A stretch of 20,273 nucleotides of DNA from Chiloscyllium plagiosum (lineage: Eukaryota). Shown one piece after another: positions 10,041-19,834 of this stretch. Every line of letters begins with the position of its first letter. The first letter of the stretch is position 1. Both the position numbers and the translations under genes were made by a program. The notes beneath the pieces are model-generated. The model saw nothing but the letters and a program-made list of their open reading frames with translations. It was not told where the DNA came from and made no database searches. The stretch spans positions 94,779,350-94,799,622 of the forward strand of contig NC_057718.1 of the NCBI RefSeq assembly GCF_004010195.1, read 5' to 3'.

Positions 10041-10689
10041 CCATACAGTCAAGGGCTTTGCCCCACCCATAGCTGCTAAACGGGTACAAGTGGATATTGG
10101 CTTAATGGATCCCACAGTCCGCTGAAACTCAGTGCCTGATTTTAATCTGTCTGTCAGGCAGAAGATGCTCAGGACTGAGTGACAGCTTTTTTCGACTAGC
10201 TGGGTTTGCTCTTCAATGATTTCAGTACAAGGGAAGAGGGTGCACCAACGTCCATCAATTTCCCAATGTGAGTTTTACTTAAAAAATTCCCCTCAATGTC
10301 TATTTTCCCAGATAACTAAGAATCAAGGGTTACAGAAGCGAGCAGAGAACCAATGCACAGAAAGAGTCAACATCTTCAGAAGGAATGCAAGGAGAATGTT
10401 AGTAGAAAATATCTGTTTTAAACAAATACTACACAAGTTCTGCAAACCATCTAAGTCTTATCTCCTGTAATGCAAATTGAAAATTTATGAATTTATGGGG
10501 CAATTTTCCATTACCCTGCTCCCATACCTGGACTGGCAATTATGGCGAGGTTGGTCACATACTTAACTCTGAATCATGAGGTTCAAGACCCACTTGAGCA
10601 CAAAAATCAATTCTGACTCTTCAATGCTGCACTGAGGGAACTTTTCACTGTTGGAGGTGCCCAACATATAAATGCGATACTATACTTAG

Positions 10690-10929
10690 GCCACTTCTTA
10701 GGAAGGGGCTGTAATGTTTAACTTTTTACTTTATACTAAGAAGAACTGTAGTGTTGAACTTTTTAACTTACTGCTTTAGTTTTCTATTGTTCTATTTCAG
10801 AGTTTGTACCCAGGTACTTTTGTACCTTAGGTGGCATCAGGAATGGTGACATTGTACTCTTTTCACTATGCACCTGTATCCCTGTACTTGAGTACACATG
10901 ACAATAAAATCTAATCTAAATCTAAATCT
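10690..10929 (+). mobile_element. 3' part of a non-coding retroposon with a Rex1/Babar-type tail
   Basis: Ends ttttcact...gtacacatgacaataaa(atcta)n, like the Rex1 tail at 17770-17816. Homologous to the reverse complement of 13790-13930. Confidence 0.65.
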
Positions 10930-11064
10930 GACAACTGAAACATCCCATGGCATTGTATCAGAGAAGAACTGGGAATGATCCCCAGTGTCCTGGACAATAT
11001 TTACTCTCCAATGTACATTACAAAATAACAGATTAGCTCATCGTTAACACACTGGATTTTTAGG

Positions 11065-11716
11065 ACTGTATGTGCGCACAGATCATTGAAAGTGGCAAGA
11101 CCAGTAGAAAAAGCTGTTAATAAAGGATACAGTGTTCTTGGTTTTATTAATAGGGCAGAGAATACAGGAGCAAGAAGGCGACATTGAAATTGTTAAAGAC
11201 ACTTGTTAGTCCTTATCCTGAGTGTTTGGTACAGTTGTGGGTGCCACATTATATATGCATTGAAATGAGTACAGAGCAAGTCACAAGAACGGTTCCAAGG
11301 ATGAAGAACTTCAATGATGAGGATAGATTGAACAAGTTGGGATTGTTCTCCTTGGACAACAGAAGGCTGAGAGGAGATCTGATAATGGTTTTTAAAATCA
11401 CGAGCAGACAAGACAGGATAGCTAGGGGAAAATGTTTCTGCTCATACAGCAAAGAAGAACAAATGGCAGCGATTTAAAGTATTGTGCAAACAAAACAAGA
11501 GCGATGTTAGAAAAAAAAACCCATTCCCATGGCGAGTCATTAGGGTTTGGAAGGCACTGCCTAGAAATGTTGCATTCAAGAGGGGCATTGGATGATTACT
11601 TGGATAGAAATGCTATACAAAGAAATGGGGGGAAAGGCAAGATACTGGCTTAGGTAATAGAACCATGAAGCAACAATAGGCCAAATGGCCTCCTCCTGTG
11701 CTGTAACAACTCTGTG
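11065..11716 (+). mobile_element. Decayed CR1-clade LINE 3' fragment
   Basis: ORF 11184-11477 (LKTLVSPYPECLVQLWVPHY...DRLNKLGLFSLDNRRLRGDLIMVFKI) is a CR1 ORF2 C-terminal motif. The tail is ggccaaatggcctcctcctgtgctgtaa. Confidence 0.9.
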
Positions 11717-11993
11717 CTGCTACGTGATGGGGGAAAATTGGCTACTATATTTCTTGCATCAAACAGTGACACTTCCTCAAATGATTGATTGTAGAGAATT
11801 TTGAGACCTCCAGTGGTCATGACAAGTGCTACATAAATGCAAAGCACTTTACAAAGCACACTCAATACATTCTCTCCAAAACACCACATAATCCTACCTA
11901 TGTTACTGGGTTTAGGTCATCTTGATGACAATGTGCCATCCCTCCAGCATGGTCTGACAACTGGCAATGGGGAAGGAAAGTCATACTCTTCAC

Positions 11994-12094
11994 ATTCCTG
12001 ATGAAGGGCTTTTGCCCAAAACGTCGATGTTCCTGCTCCTCGGATGCTGCCTGACCTGCTGTGCTTTTCCAGTACCACTCTAATCTGGACTCTG
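11994..12094 (+). mobile_element. Penelope-like terminal-repeat fragment (family A) with mutated hammerhead motif
   Basis: attcCTGATGAagggcttttgcccAAAACGTCga (GAAA changed to AAAA), followed by the same downstream sequence as 7125-7190 (reverse complement). Confidence 0.85.
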
Positions 12095-12580
12095 CAGATC
12101 CAGAGTCTAGCAGCACCTATAATCATCGGTGAGTGTTAGTTGCCATCCAACAAACCTCTGGCTTATTAGTTTACTAGCAGATCTTTTGAACCACTGTTCA
12201 ACTTCTCACACTCTTCAGACTCTTTTCTCATTTTAAAAACATATTCTCTAGCAGCTCAGGTGTGGGGTTCACTGGGGCTGTGCTTTTTTTTTTGCCTGGA
12301 TTGAGTTGTTTTGCTGCTGAGGCCTCTGGTGAAACGGATGAAGGGAAGCAAAGGCTTCTTCCTTGGAGCTAGGGAACGTAGGTGAAGGGCATTGTTCAAT
12401 TAAGTATCTGGAGCACTTATAAAGAGAGACTGCTACTATTGTTAGGTAGGAATGTTGCATTCTGCAAGTAAATCTATTTTCCAGAAAACATAGTTGAGTC
12501 TAATTTCACACTTAACCAACTAGCTTTGCCCTGATATGACAGCAATCAGCTTTGGACTGTTATCCTTGCCACCAAAATCT

Positions 12581-12776
12581 AAGTTAAAAATCACACAACA
12601 CCAGGTCACAGTCCAACAGGTTTCTTTGAGAATCAAGCTTTTGGAGCTAGCTATCTGACAAAGGAGCAGCGCGCCAAAAGCTTGACTTTCAAATAAACCT
12701 GTTGGACTATGACCCGGTGTTGTGTGATTTTTAATTTTGTCTACCCCAGTCCGACACCGGCACCTCCACATCCTGG
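12581..12776. mobile_element. Penelope-like insertion (family B): inverted pair with degenerate hammerhead
   Basis: Arms 12581-12647 and 12671-12737 (60/67 identical as reverse complements). Core CTGACAAaggagcagcgcgccAAAAgctt at 12655-12683. Flanking direct repeat ccaaaatct at 12572-12580 and 12777-12785. Confidence 0.8.
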
Positions 12777-13428
12777 CCAAAATCTGAAATAGATAGGGTT
12801 GCTACTGGAAAGAATTAGATGAAGCCCCCATTCTAGAGAGAGGGAGAAAAGAAATAAGAAAACAGAGGACAAATGTTCACCTCCCTATGTTGAAGATAGC
12901 ATATGGATTAGGCAACCTTTTGAGAAACCATTTCCTTTTGTAGAAAATGGTATGGATTTTAGTGATGGCACCCTCTAGAGGCCAGTTACACCTCTCCAAT
13001 CTTTCCTCCTATTTACATTTTCAGAAAACATTCCCAAATGGGAATCCATTGTCTATCTACAGCAGAGCATGAACCCTTTCTGCAAAGCCTCTCAAACAAT
13101 TAAGTAGATCACTAAAGAGCTCAAAACTGCTAACAAATCATTCTTCAATATCATTACATTAACTTTCTTTAGTCCATGTTATCTTAATTTGCATGCTAAA
13201 CAATCACCAGTATCTCTGGCAGTCTATTGTGCAAAAGCAGACAGCAATCTGGGTCGAGGCACAGCCTTAGCAGGAAGTTTTGGGATGTTTACACAAGGTT
13301 ATTTCTTCACCATCATAACATTAAAGTGGTGTTTCCTGCACTGTTCAAAGTGCTGACGAGAGCTGCACAAGAAAATCAGCATAGCCATAGCTACATTCAG
13401 ACTGGGACCTATGTTGAACAAGTTAAAA

Positions 13429-13577
13429 TGATTCTGCCCTATTAGTCTCTTCTGCCATAAATTCTGCGTCTTATGATTCTGTCCCACTAGTTACCCGATG
13501 AAGGAGCAGCGCTCCGAAAGCTAGTGCTTCCAAATAAACCTGTTGGACTATAACCTGGTGTTGTGTGATTTTTATCT
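13429..13577 (+). mobile_element. Penelope-like insertion (family B) with hammerhead motif and 15-bp TSD
   Basis: TSD ttgaacaagttaaaa at 13414-13428 and 13578-13592. Core cCGATGAa-ggagc-agc-gctcc-GAAAgcta at 13495-13523. Downstream sequence is homologous to 12680-12740. Confidence 0.85.
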
Positions 13578-13789
13578 TTGAACAAGTTAAAAACAGATCT
13601 AGCAAGCGATTTCAAAAAAGGAATGAGGTGAGATTACCTGTTAGTCCACCCCTATTATTCTTTATGTCATTATAAAAGATTAAGCCTGGCATTATTTATA
13701 ATGATTCATGCTTGAAATAATTTTGACTACCTTTTATCAAATGTGTCTCGTGTTATTGGGGATTAAGTGTGCTCTCCATTTGAACAATG

Positions 13790-14385
13790 AATTTAGATTT
13801 AAGTACAAAAGTACAGGAGTAAAATGAAAAGTTTTCACTGTCTCCACACAGTGCCATCTTGGGTACAAGTATCTAGGTGCAAAAACATAAGAACAAGGTA
13901 GAAAGAAAATGTTAAAAGTTAAACCTTGTTAGGATTAAGTCAAAAAATAGAGACATAAAGCTAAAAGTTCAACGTTTGCAGTCTTTCTTGAGCACTTAGC
14001 CATTCTGGGAATCCGTGTCCTACAACGACTCAATCTCCTCAGCTTTGGCACGCTTTCCCCATGCTTGGCTTGATCTCCCCTGCTCTTGTCGTCACTGCAG
14101 ATGTCGGGGGAACCTCCATCGCCACGTTGAGTCAGCTGCTGGGATCTCAGACCGCCAGGCCCCCATCCAGGCACTGTCGGCACTGGGTCACGGACTCACC
14201 TTCAGTCCGTGTGGCGAGCATTGAGAATTCCCATCCTGATTGAAGATGTGCTCAACAAATATAGTATGGCCCTGTGCCCAGCTCTTGAAAATACTTTTGG
14301 AAAAGGTCAAAGGGCATTGACTCCAGAGGCTGACATCGATCAGTACCTAGTGGAGACCATCGTCAACCTGGATGTGGCTTCCCAG
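13790..14385 (-). mobile_element. Longer copy of the non-coding retroposon with Rex1-type tail (5' boundary uncertain)
   Basis: The reverse complement of 13790-13880 (cctagatacttgtacccaagatggca...acttttca...ctcctgtact...aaatctaaat) aligns with 10805-10929. A GC-richer upstream body is assumed to belong to the element. Confidence 0.55.
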
Positions 14386-14502
14386 CGAAGTGTTTTAGTT
14401 TATGCTTTCATGGGATATTGCCCTTGAGAAGATGGTGGTGAGTCACTTACTGCAATTCATGTGGGAGAGCCATTGTTACAATGATGGATCAAGACTCATG
14501 GG

Positions 14503-14513
14503 AGACAGAGAGA

Positions 14514-14561
<48 letters not shown>

Positions 14562-14570
14562 GAGACAGAG
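14503..14570. repeat. (GA)n/(GACA)n microsatellite
   Basis: Seen directly. Confidence 0.98.
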
Positions 14571-14790
14571 GGTGCTGGGAGCCCTCTCCGGGTGAAATGG
14601 TGGTGCTGAGATGAAAGCTGAGTTCAAGATGTCTGTCTGCTTTAACTGCCTTAAGTTAGGGTGTGCCTGGGCCAAATGCTGGAGGCTACAGGAAAAATCA
14701 AGGAGATTCCTAAAGTCCCTGTGAAGAGAATAGGAATCAGTCAGAGAGTATTGCAGACAAGGCTATGGCTCCCATTGTAGCTGAGAGTCA

Positions 14791-15035
14791 GAATAGAACA
14801 TAGAACAGTACAGCAGGAACAGGCCCTTCAGCCCACTTGGCTGTGCCGAACATGATGTTATTCTAATCTACTCCCATCTGTCTGCACATGGTCCATATCT
14901 CTCTATTCCCTGCCTGTTCTTGTATCTGTCTAAATGCCTCTTAAACTTTGCTATCATATCTGCTTCTATCACCTTCACTGGCAATGTGTTCTAGGCACAT
15001 ACCACCCTCTGGAAAATAAGTTTCCTTGCATATCT
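14791..15035 (-). mobile_element. CR1-clade LINE extreme 3' end
   Basis: Tail agaatagaacatagaacagtacagca...aacaggcccttc, then ctaaatgcctcttaaa...ctgcttctatcacc...ccaccctct, as in 1004-1200. Confidence 0.85.
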
Positions 15036-15508
15036 CACCTGGGAACAAGAACGATAACCCCAGAGTGTAAAAACAATACTGAGCGCATTTTATCCTGTGT
15101 AGTAGACCCAGAACACCTGAAATCTCCCACCAACAGTGATGAATCAAAAAACAGACAACACAGGCCCATTAACACTATATGTTAGTGGTTCCACCAACAC
15201 CAGGTGAACCCTGCAGAGAGCAGCCAAGTGGCTCAGGGAAGTGAACTGTCTGATTGACATCTTCAGACCAGGGAAGGAAGTGAAGGCTGTGTTGTGTCAT
15301 GATAAAGCAATACCACCACCAAGATGGGGACACGCAGGTAAGGTCTGTCCACTGCCTCCTCATCTAAAGGATGAAGGTAATGGCAGGGATGAATTGGATG
15401 GAGATGTGGTTGAGGCCCACATTGAATCCTCTTAAATCTGGTGAAACTAATGTAGAAATACTGGCGATCTTGACTCCTTATATACTTACTCAGGGGTAGA
15501 AAAATGCA

Positions 15509-15949
15509 TTCTGGATTAGTGGTGCTGGAAGAGCACAACAGTTCAGGCAGCATCCGAGGACAGGCAAAATCGACGTTTCGGGCAAAAGCCCTTCATCAGG
15601 AATAAAGGCAGAGAGCCTGAAGCGTGGAGAGACAAGCTAGAGGAGGGTAGGGGTGGAGAGAGAGTAGCATAGAGTACAATAGGTCAGTGGGGGAGGAGAT
15701 GAAGGCGATAGGTCAGGGAGGAAGAGCTTCAGGGCAGAGGAAATGATCTGGGAGTTGCAGTGGGAGAGAGACTCCCTGAGATTCTTGTAGAGAGAGGAGG
15801 AAAACTTCTTCAAGGCAGGCATCCTTGCAAGAGGATTCCCAGTAGAGTTAAAATCAACGAGGTAAAAACAATGACTGCAGATGCTGGAAACCAGATTCTG
15901 GATTAGTGGTGCTGGAAGAGCACAGCAGTTCAGGCAGCATCCGAGGACA
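15509..15949 (-). mobile_element. Internally deleted Penelope-like element (family A): 387-bp unit plus 57-bp terminal direct repeat, 14-bp TSD
   Basis: TSD ggtagaaaaatgca at 15495-15508 and 15950-15963. Direct repeats 15508-15564 and 15895-15951 (1 mismatch). Contains a short ORF starting MPALKKFSS and a hammerhead motif. Confidence 0.88.
15567..15603 (-). ncRNA. Minimal type I hammerhead ribozyme motif, catalytic core intact
   Basis: The minus strand reads auuc-CUGAUGA-a-GGGC-uuuu-GCCC-GAAAC-GUC-gauu, giving the conserved boxes, a 4-bp stem II and a palindromic ACGU stem III. Predicted cleavage is after GUC, between 15572 and 15571. Confidence 0.75.
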
Positions 15950-15989
15950 GGTAGAAAAATGCAGGCAAATTGGGCTGTGGTTGAGGGCG

Positions 15990-16199
15990 AGGTAAAGGTA
16001 AAGTCAACATATTCCTACTCTCTGATTAGAGAGAGATGACTGATGATGGTTTAACTTAAGTGTCACCACACTTCAGGCAAGGGGAAAGATTGAGAAGGAG
16101 AGTCCTTCATAATAACCTCAGGTGGTGTGGGAATTAAACCCATACTGTTGGTGTTACACTGTATTGCAAGCCAGCCAACTAACCAACTGAGCTAACTGA
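15990..16199 (-). mobile_element. tRNA-derived SINE with (TTTACC)n tail
   Basis: The minus-strand head tcagttagctcagttgg (A box) and gggtttaattccc (B-box-like) precede the tail gactttacctttacct. Confidence 0.75.
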
Positions 16200-16267
16200 T
16201 ACTACTTTGGGAGCGGTATCTTCCATAGGACAACATCTTTATCAGCTAGGGCTAGAAAAGCTGTCTG

Positions 16268-16301
<34 letters not shown>

Positions 16302-16372
16302 CAGACAGCTTTTCTAGCCCTAGCTGATAAAGATGTTGTCCTATGGAAGGTACCGCTCCCAAAGTAGTATCA

Positions 16373-16375
<3 letters not shown>
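16194..16375. repeat. 182-bp spacer-less palindrome centred on (TA)n
   Basis: 91-bp arms pair without indels (paired coordinates sum to 32569). The only mismatches are 16219/16350 and 16277/16292. Confidence 0.98.

Positions 16376-16376
<1 letters not shown>

Positions 16377-16412
<36 letters not shown>
16377..16412. repeat. (TA)18 microsatellite
   Basis: Seen directly. With the flanking tttt/aaaa it forms a perfect 42-bp palindrome at 16374-16415. Confidence 0.97.
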
Positions 16413-16417
<5 letters not shown>

Positions 16418-17029
16418 CTTATATATGTCCAAGATGGGTACGGAGTGACCATAAACTAAACTGACTACAAGATGTTAACTATTGTGATAACGTTTAGGGT
16501 CCAGAAAACTCAGTTTGTTGCTACAAGTGTACCTCTTTGTAAACCTCCCATACAGTTGGGAAATTGAATGTGATTGCAGGCATCCTATTAGAACATAAAG
16601 TGACATGGTTAGAACCAAAAAGCTAATTGACCAAGAGTAGAAGACTGATTGTGTGTGTGTGAGGTTTATGTAACTTTATATACTTTTTCCCTTTTACTTC
16701 TTTGTAATGAAATGTGAATCGATCTCCGTTCATTTATCCTGAGGGGGAAATGTGTGAGGTGATGGAAATAAACCCCAAAGTGCTGTGGACATTTTAAGCC
16801 CGAAATGCCAAAGTATGTTCTTTAAAAGAACATGACAACAGAAATAGTAACTAGAAGTGTAAAACAATTCTGTGTGAGACTGATGGGGCAAAACACCTAA
16901 AGATGCCAAGGAAACTTCAGACAGTCTGCACAGTGATCTCTTGTGACTACAAAGGGAATGAGGAGCTGATGGCCTCTTTCTGAACATCCATTTGAGCAAG
17001 TGCTAAGCAGGGGAAGTCCAAGTTGCACT

Positions 17030-17816
17030 ACTATTGAATGGCAGATCTCAAACAGCAATGGGACAGCATACAGGAAAGAGATTGAGTCCTTAGTGGCATG
17101 GTGTAAAAACAATAATCTCTCCACCAATGTCAGTAAAATGAAAGATCTGGTCATTGGTTTCAGGAAGCAGAGTGCAGTCTGCATCAATGGTAGTGTGAGG
17201 TGCAGATGGTCCAAGTTGAGTGATAATCACCAGCAATCTGTCCTCGTCCACCCATGTTACACGACGGTCATGAAATCTGACTTGTTCACAAGGATTCTAA
17301 CCAAATTTTACAGATGCACCATAGAAAGCATTCTATCCAGATGCATCATAGCGTGGTTTGGCAACTGCTCTTCCCAAGACTGCAAGAAGCTACAGAGAGT
17401 CGTGAACACAGCCCAGTCCATCAGCCAAACTAGCCATCCTTCCATTGACTCTGTCTACCCTTCCCACTGCCTCAGGAAACCAGCCAACATCATCAAAAAC
17501 CCCTTCCACCCCAGTTACACTCTCATCCACCTTCTTCCATCAGGCAGAAGATATATAAGTTTGTATACACGCACAAACAGATTCAAGAACAGCTTCTTCC
17601 TCACTGTTATCAGACTTCTGAATGGACTTCTCAAGTGTTAAATTTGACATTGATCTCGCTCTCTGTGCTCCTCCTCTGCAGCTGTAACATTGTATTCCTC
17701 GCTCTGTTCTATTACCCAAATGCAGTTTGTATGGTACGATCTGCCTGTACTGCATGCAAAACAAAACTATTCACTGTACCTAGGTACATGTGACAATAAT
17801 AAATCAAATCAAATCA
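17030..17816 (+). mobile_element. Rex1/Babar-clade non-LTR retrotransposon, 5'-truncated (RT C-terminus and downstream domain)
   Basis: ORF 17000-17641 contains AYRKEIESLVAWCKNNNLSTNVSKMKDLVIGFRK and FYRCTIESILSRCIIAWFGNC...LLPSGRRY...RTNRFKNSFF, hallmark Rex1/Babar motifs. The tail is gtacatgtgacaataa(taaatc/aaatc)n. Confidence 0.9.
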
Positions 17817-17854
17817 TACAAGTAACTTGGAACTATTTTGTTCTTGGTTCCCTC

Positions 17855-17936
17855 CCAGTTGCCGGAGCAACGAGAGATGGACAATAAATGCTCATCTGGC
17901 TTGCAATATCCACATCCCTTGAATGATTTTTAAAAA
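17855..17936 (+). mobile_element. Short LINE 3'-end remnant (CR1/L2 group)
   Basis: gatggacaataaatgct...ccacatccc.tgaatga matches a recalled shark LINE tail. A probable minus-strand relative lies at about 14405-14460. Confidence 0.5.
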
Positions 17937-18529
17937 TATTTTGACTTTAATTTTCATATAAAAACCGACTCAATTAGGAAAGTGATTTTCTTTTCTGCTT
18001 CCACCAGCCCAACCTAAAATAATAATAAAAAAGTTGTTTGCTGAAAATAGAACTTGCATAAAGTAGCATCTTTTGGAAGTCTTATTGAGCATAACACAAG
18101 AGCTGATGGTTGATTTATGACTTCCCAGTGTTTTTGACCTTAATGCAACTATACATTCCACCTTGCCCAGTATGATCTCAGTTACCTGTGAACTTGCATC
18201 ATCCAATATCCATACAATGTCAAATTAACAAAATGACAATTTTTTTCCCCCCAAGAACACTGAGACTTAAGGAAGATATTACTGGCCTACAAATTTAGCA
18301 AGACATGTTTAGAATGGATTTGTTACAAAGATAATTAGTGAAAAGGATGGAATGGAATGTGCATCCAGATAAATAACTCATAAGTTCACTCCAAGACGTA
18401 CTGAGGAATTCCAAATGCTCTATATTCAAGAGATAAGAACACAAATGAATTGGAACAGTTTTCTAAAATGACTCACTGAAGGTTAAAGCAGTCAGTTATA
18501 CAAACAGGCATTATTGTAATTTAACAAGT

Positions 18530-18935
18530 CAGTTATGGTTCAACTGCCTTTGAGTCAGAAGAATTTAGACTCAAAATCAAGAGCAGGACTCAAACAAAAA
18601 AAATCAAGGGTAAAGTTTCCAGTACTGAGTGAGTGCTGAAGAGTCAGATATAGGTTAGTCAAGACCCTGTCTGTCCCCTGAAGTACACATAATAGACCCC
18701 AGAGCATTATCCCGCAGAAGACTTGGGGAATTATCCTGACCAATACCTATCCCTCACTCTACGTCACAAGAACAGATTATCTGGTTATTATTGCAGTGCT
18801 GTTAGTGGATACTTGCAGTTTGCAAATTGGCTGCCCAGTTGCTACATGACAATAGAGGCTACACTTCAAAAAAATAAATGCACTGTGAGTTGTTCTGAAG
18901 TCATGGAAGATGCCACCTAAATGCATGTCTTTCTA
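18530..18935 (+). mobile_element. Deu-domain SINE (SacSINE1-like), decayed
   Basis: gaccctgtctg...cctgaccaata.ctatccctca...aacagattatctggttatta...gcaaattggctgcc...ctacacttcaaaa...taaatgca.gtcttt. Confidence 0.75.
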
Positions 18936-19069
18936 TCTGCAGAGCTAAAGAACATCCCCATATTTCATATAAATTCAAGCAAAGTTTTAAAATATTGTCA
19001 GAGTCAGCACAGGATGAAACTATGATGAATCTAAAAGGAACATATTTGTCTTTTGTTTGTTGAGTAATA

Positions 19070-19830
19070 AAGTTGTAGGGTTTTGCAGCATGGAAAATGG
19101 TACTTTGGCCAATTGTGCCAGCATCCATTATGTTATCAAAGATCCATCTGTTCTAATCCTATTTTCCAGCACTTGGTATATAGCTTTGCACACTAAGACA
19201 TTTCAAGTGCTCATCTAAATAGCTCTAGAAGGTTCCTGTCTCTAACCACACTTGTAGGCAGCAAACTCCAGAAATTCACAACCTTCTGGGTGAAAAATCT
19301 TTTTTCATCTGAACCCCCTCTGACAACTGGTTATTGACCTCTGGGATAATAATGGGAGAAAATGTCTCCCCTATTCACCATAACTATTCCCCTCCACAAC
19401 TTTGTACACCTTGATCAGGTCCTCCCTCAGCCTCCTCTGCTCTAAGAAAATCAACCCCAACCTATTAGTCTTCCTTGAACCGTTCCAGCCCAGGCAACAT
19501 CCTGGTCAATCTCCTCAGCATTCTCTCTCATGCAATCACAACCCTTCTATGGCATGACAACCAGAACTGTGCCTTGTACTCCACTGTGCCCCAACTAGTA
19601 TTAATTACTGCTCCATCATCGCTTCCTTACATTCAATGCCATGACCAATAAATACAATCTTCCTTCTAAATCAACTTATCGACCTGCACTGTTGCCTTCA
19701 AGGATCTGTGAACATGCACAGCAAGGTCACTCTGGTCCTTTTCTAGAGTCCTACCATTCAGTGTGTACTCCCTTTCCTTGATAGTCCTCCCAAAATCCAT
19801 CACCTCACACTTTTCAGGATTAAATTCCAT
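19070..19830 (-). mobile_element. Older CR1-clade LINE 3' fragment
   Basis: The minus-strand peptide MEFNPEKCEVMDFGR...YTLNGRTL...DLAVHVHRSLK is a CR1 ORF2 motif. The decayed tail lies toward 19070-19130. Confidence 0.88.
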
Positions 19831-19834
19831 AAAC

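Larger units (their letters stand above)
10545..11845 (+). mobile_element. Deu-domain SINE (SacSINE1/AmnSINE-like) broken into three pieces: about 10545-10662, 10935-11064 and 11718-11845
   Basis: Head gaggttcaag...cactgaggga...ttggaggtgcc, Deu-like core atcccatggca...ccagtgtcctggacaatattta...aacagatta and tail aaattggct...ataaatgcaa. Collinear with the unbroken copy at about 18530-18935. Confidence 0.7.

Noticed and set aside
15267..15343. Possible plus-strand exon (cttcag...CAG/GTAAGG, peptide PGKEVKAVLCHDKAIPPPRWGHA)
   Set aside because: Weak acceptor, unrecognised peptide and no partner exons.
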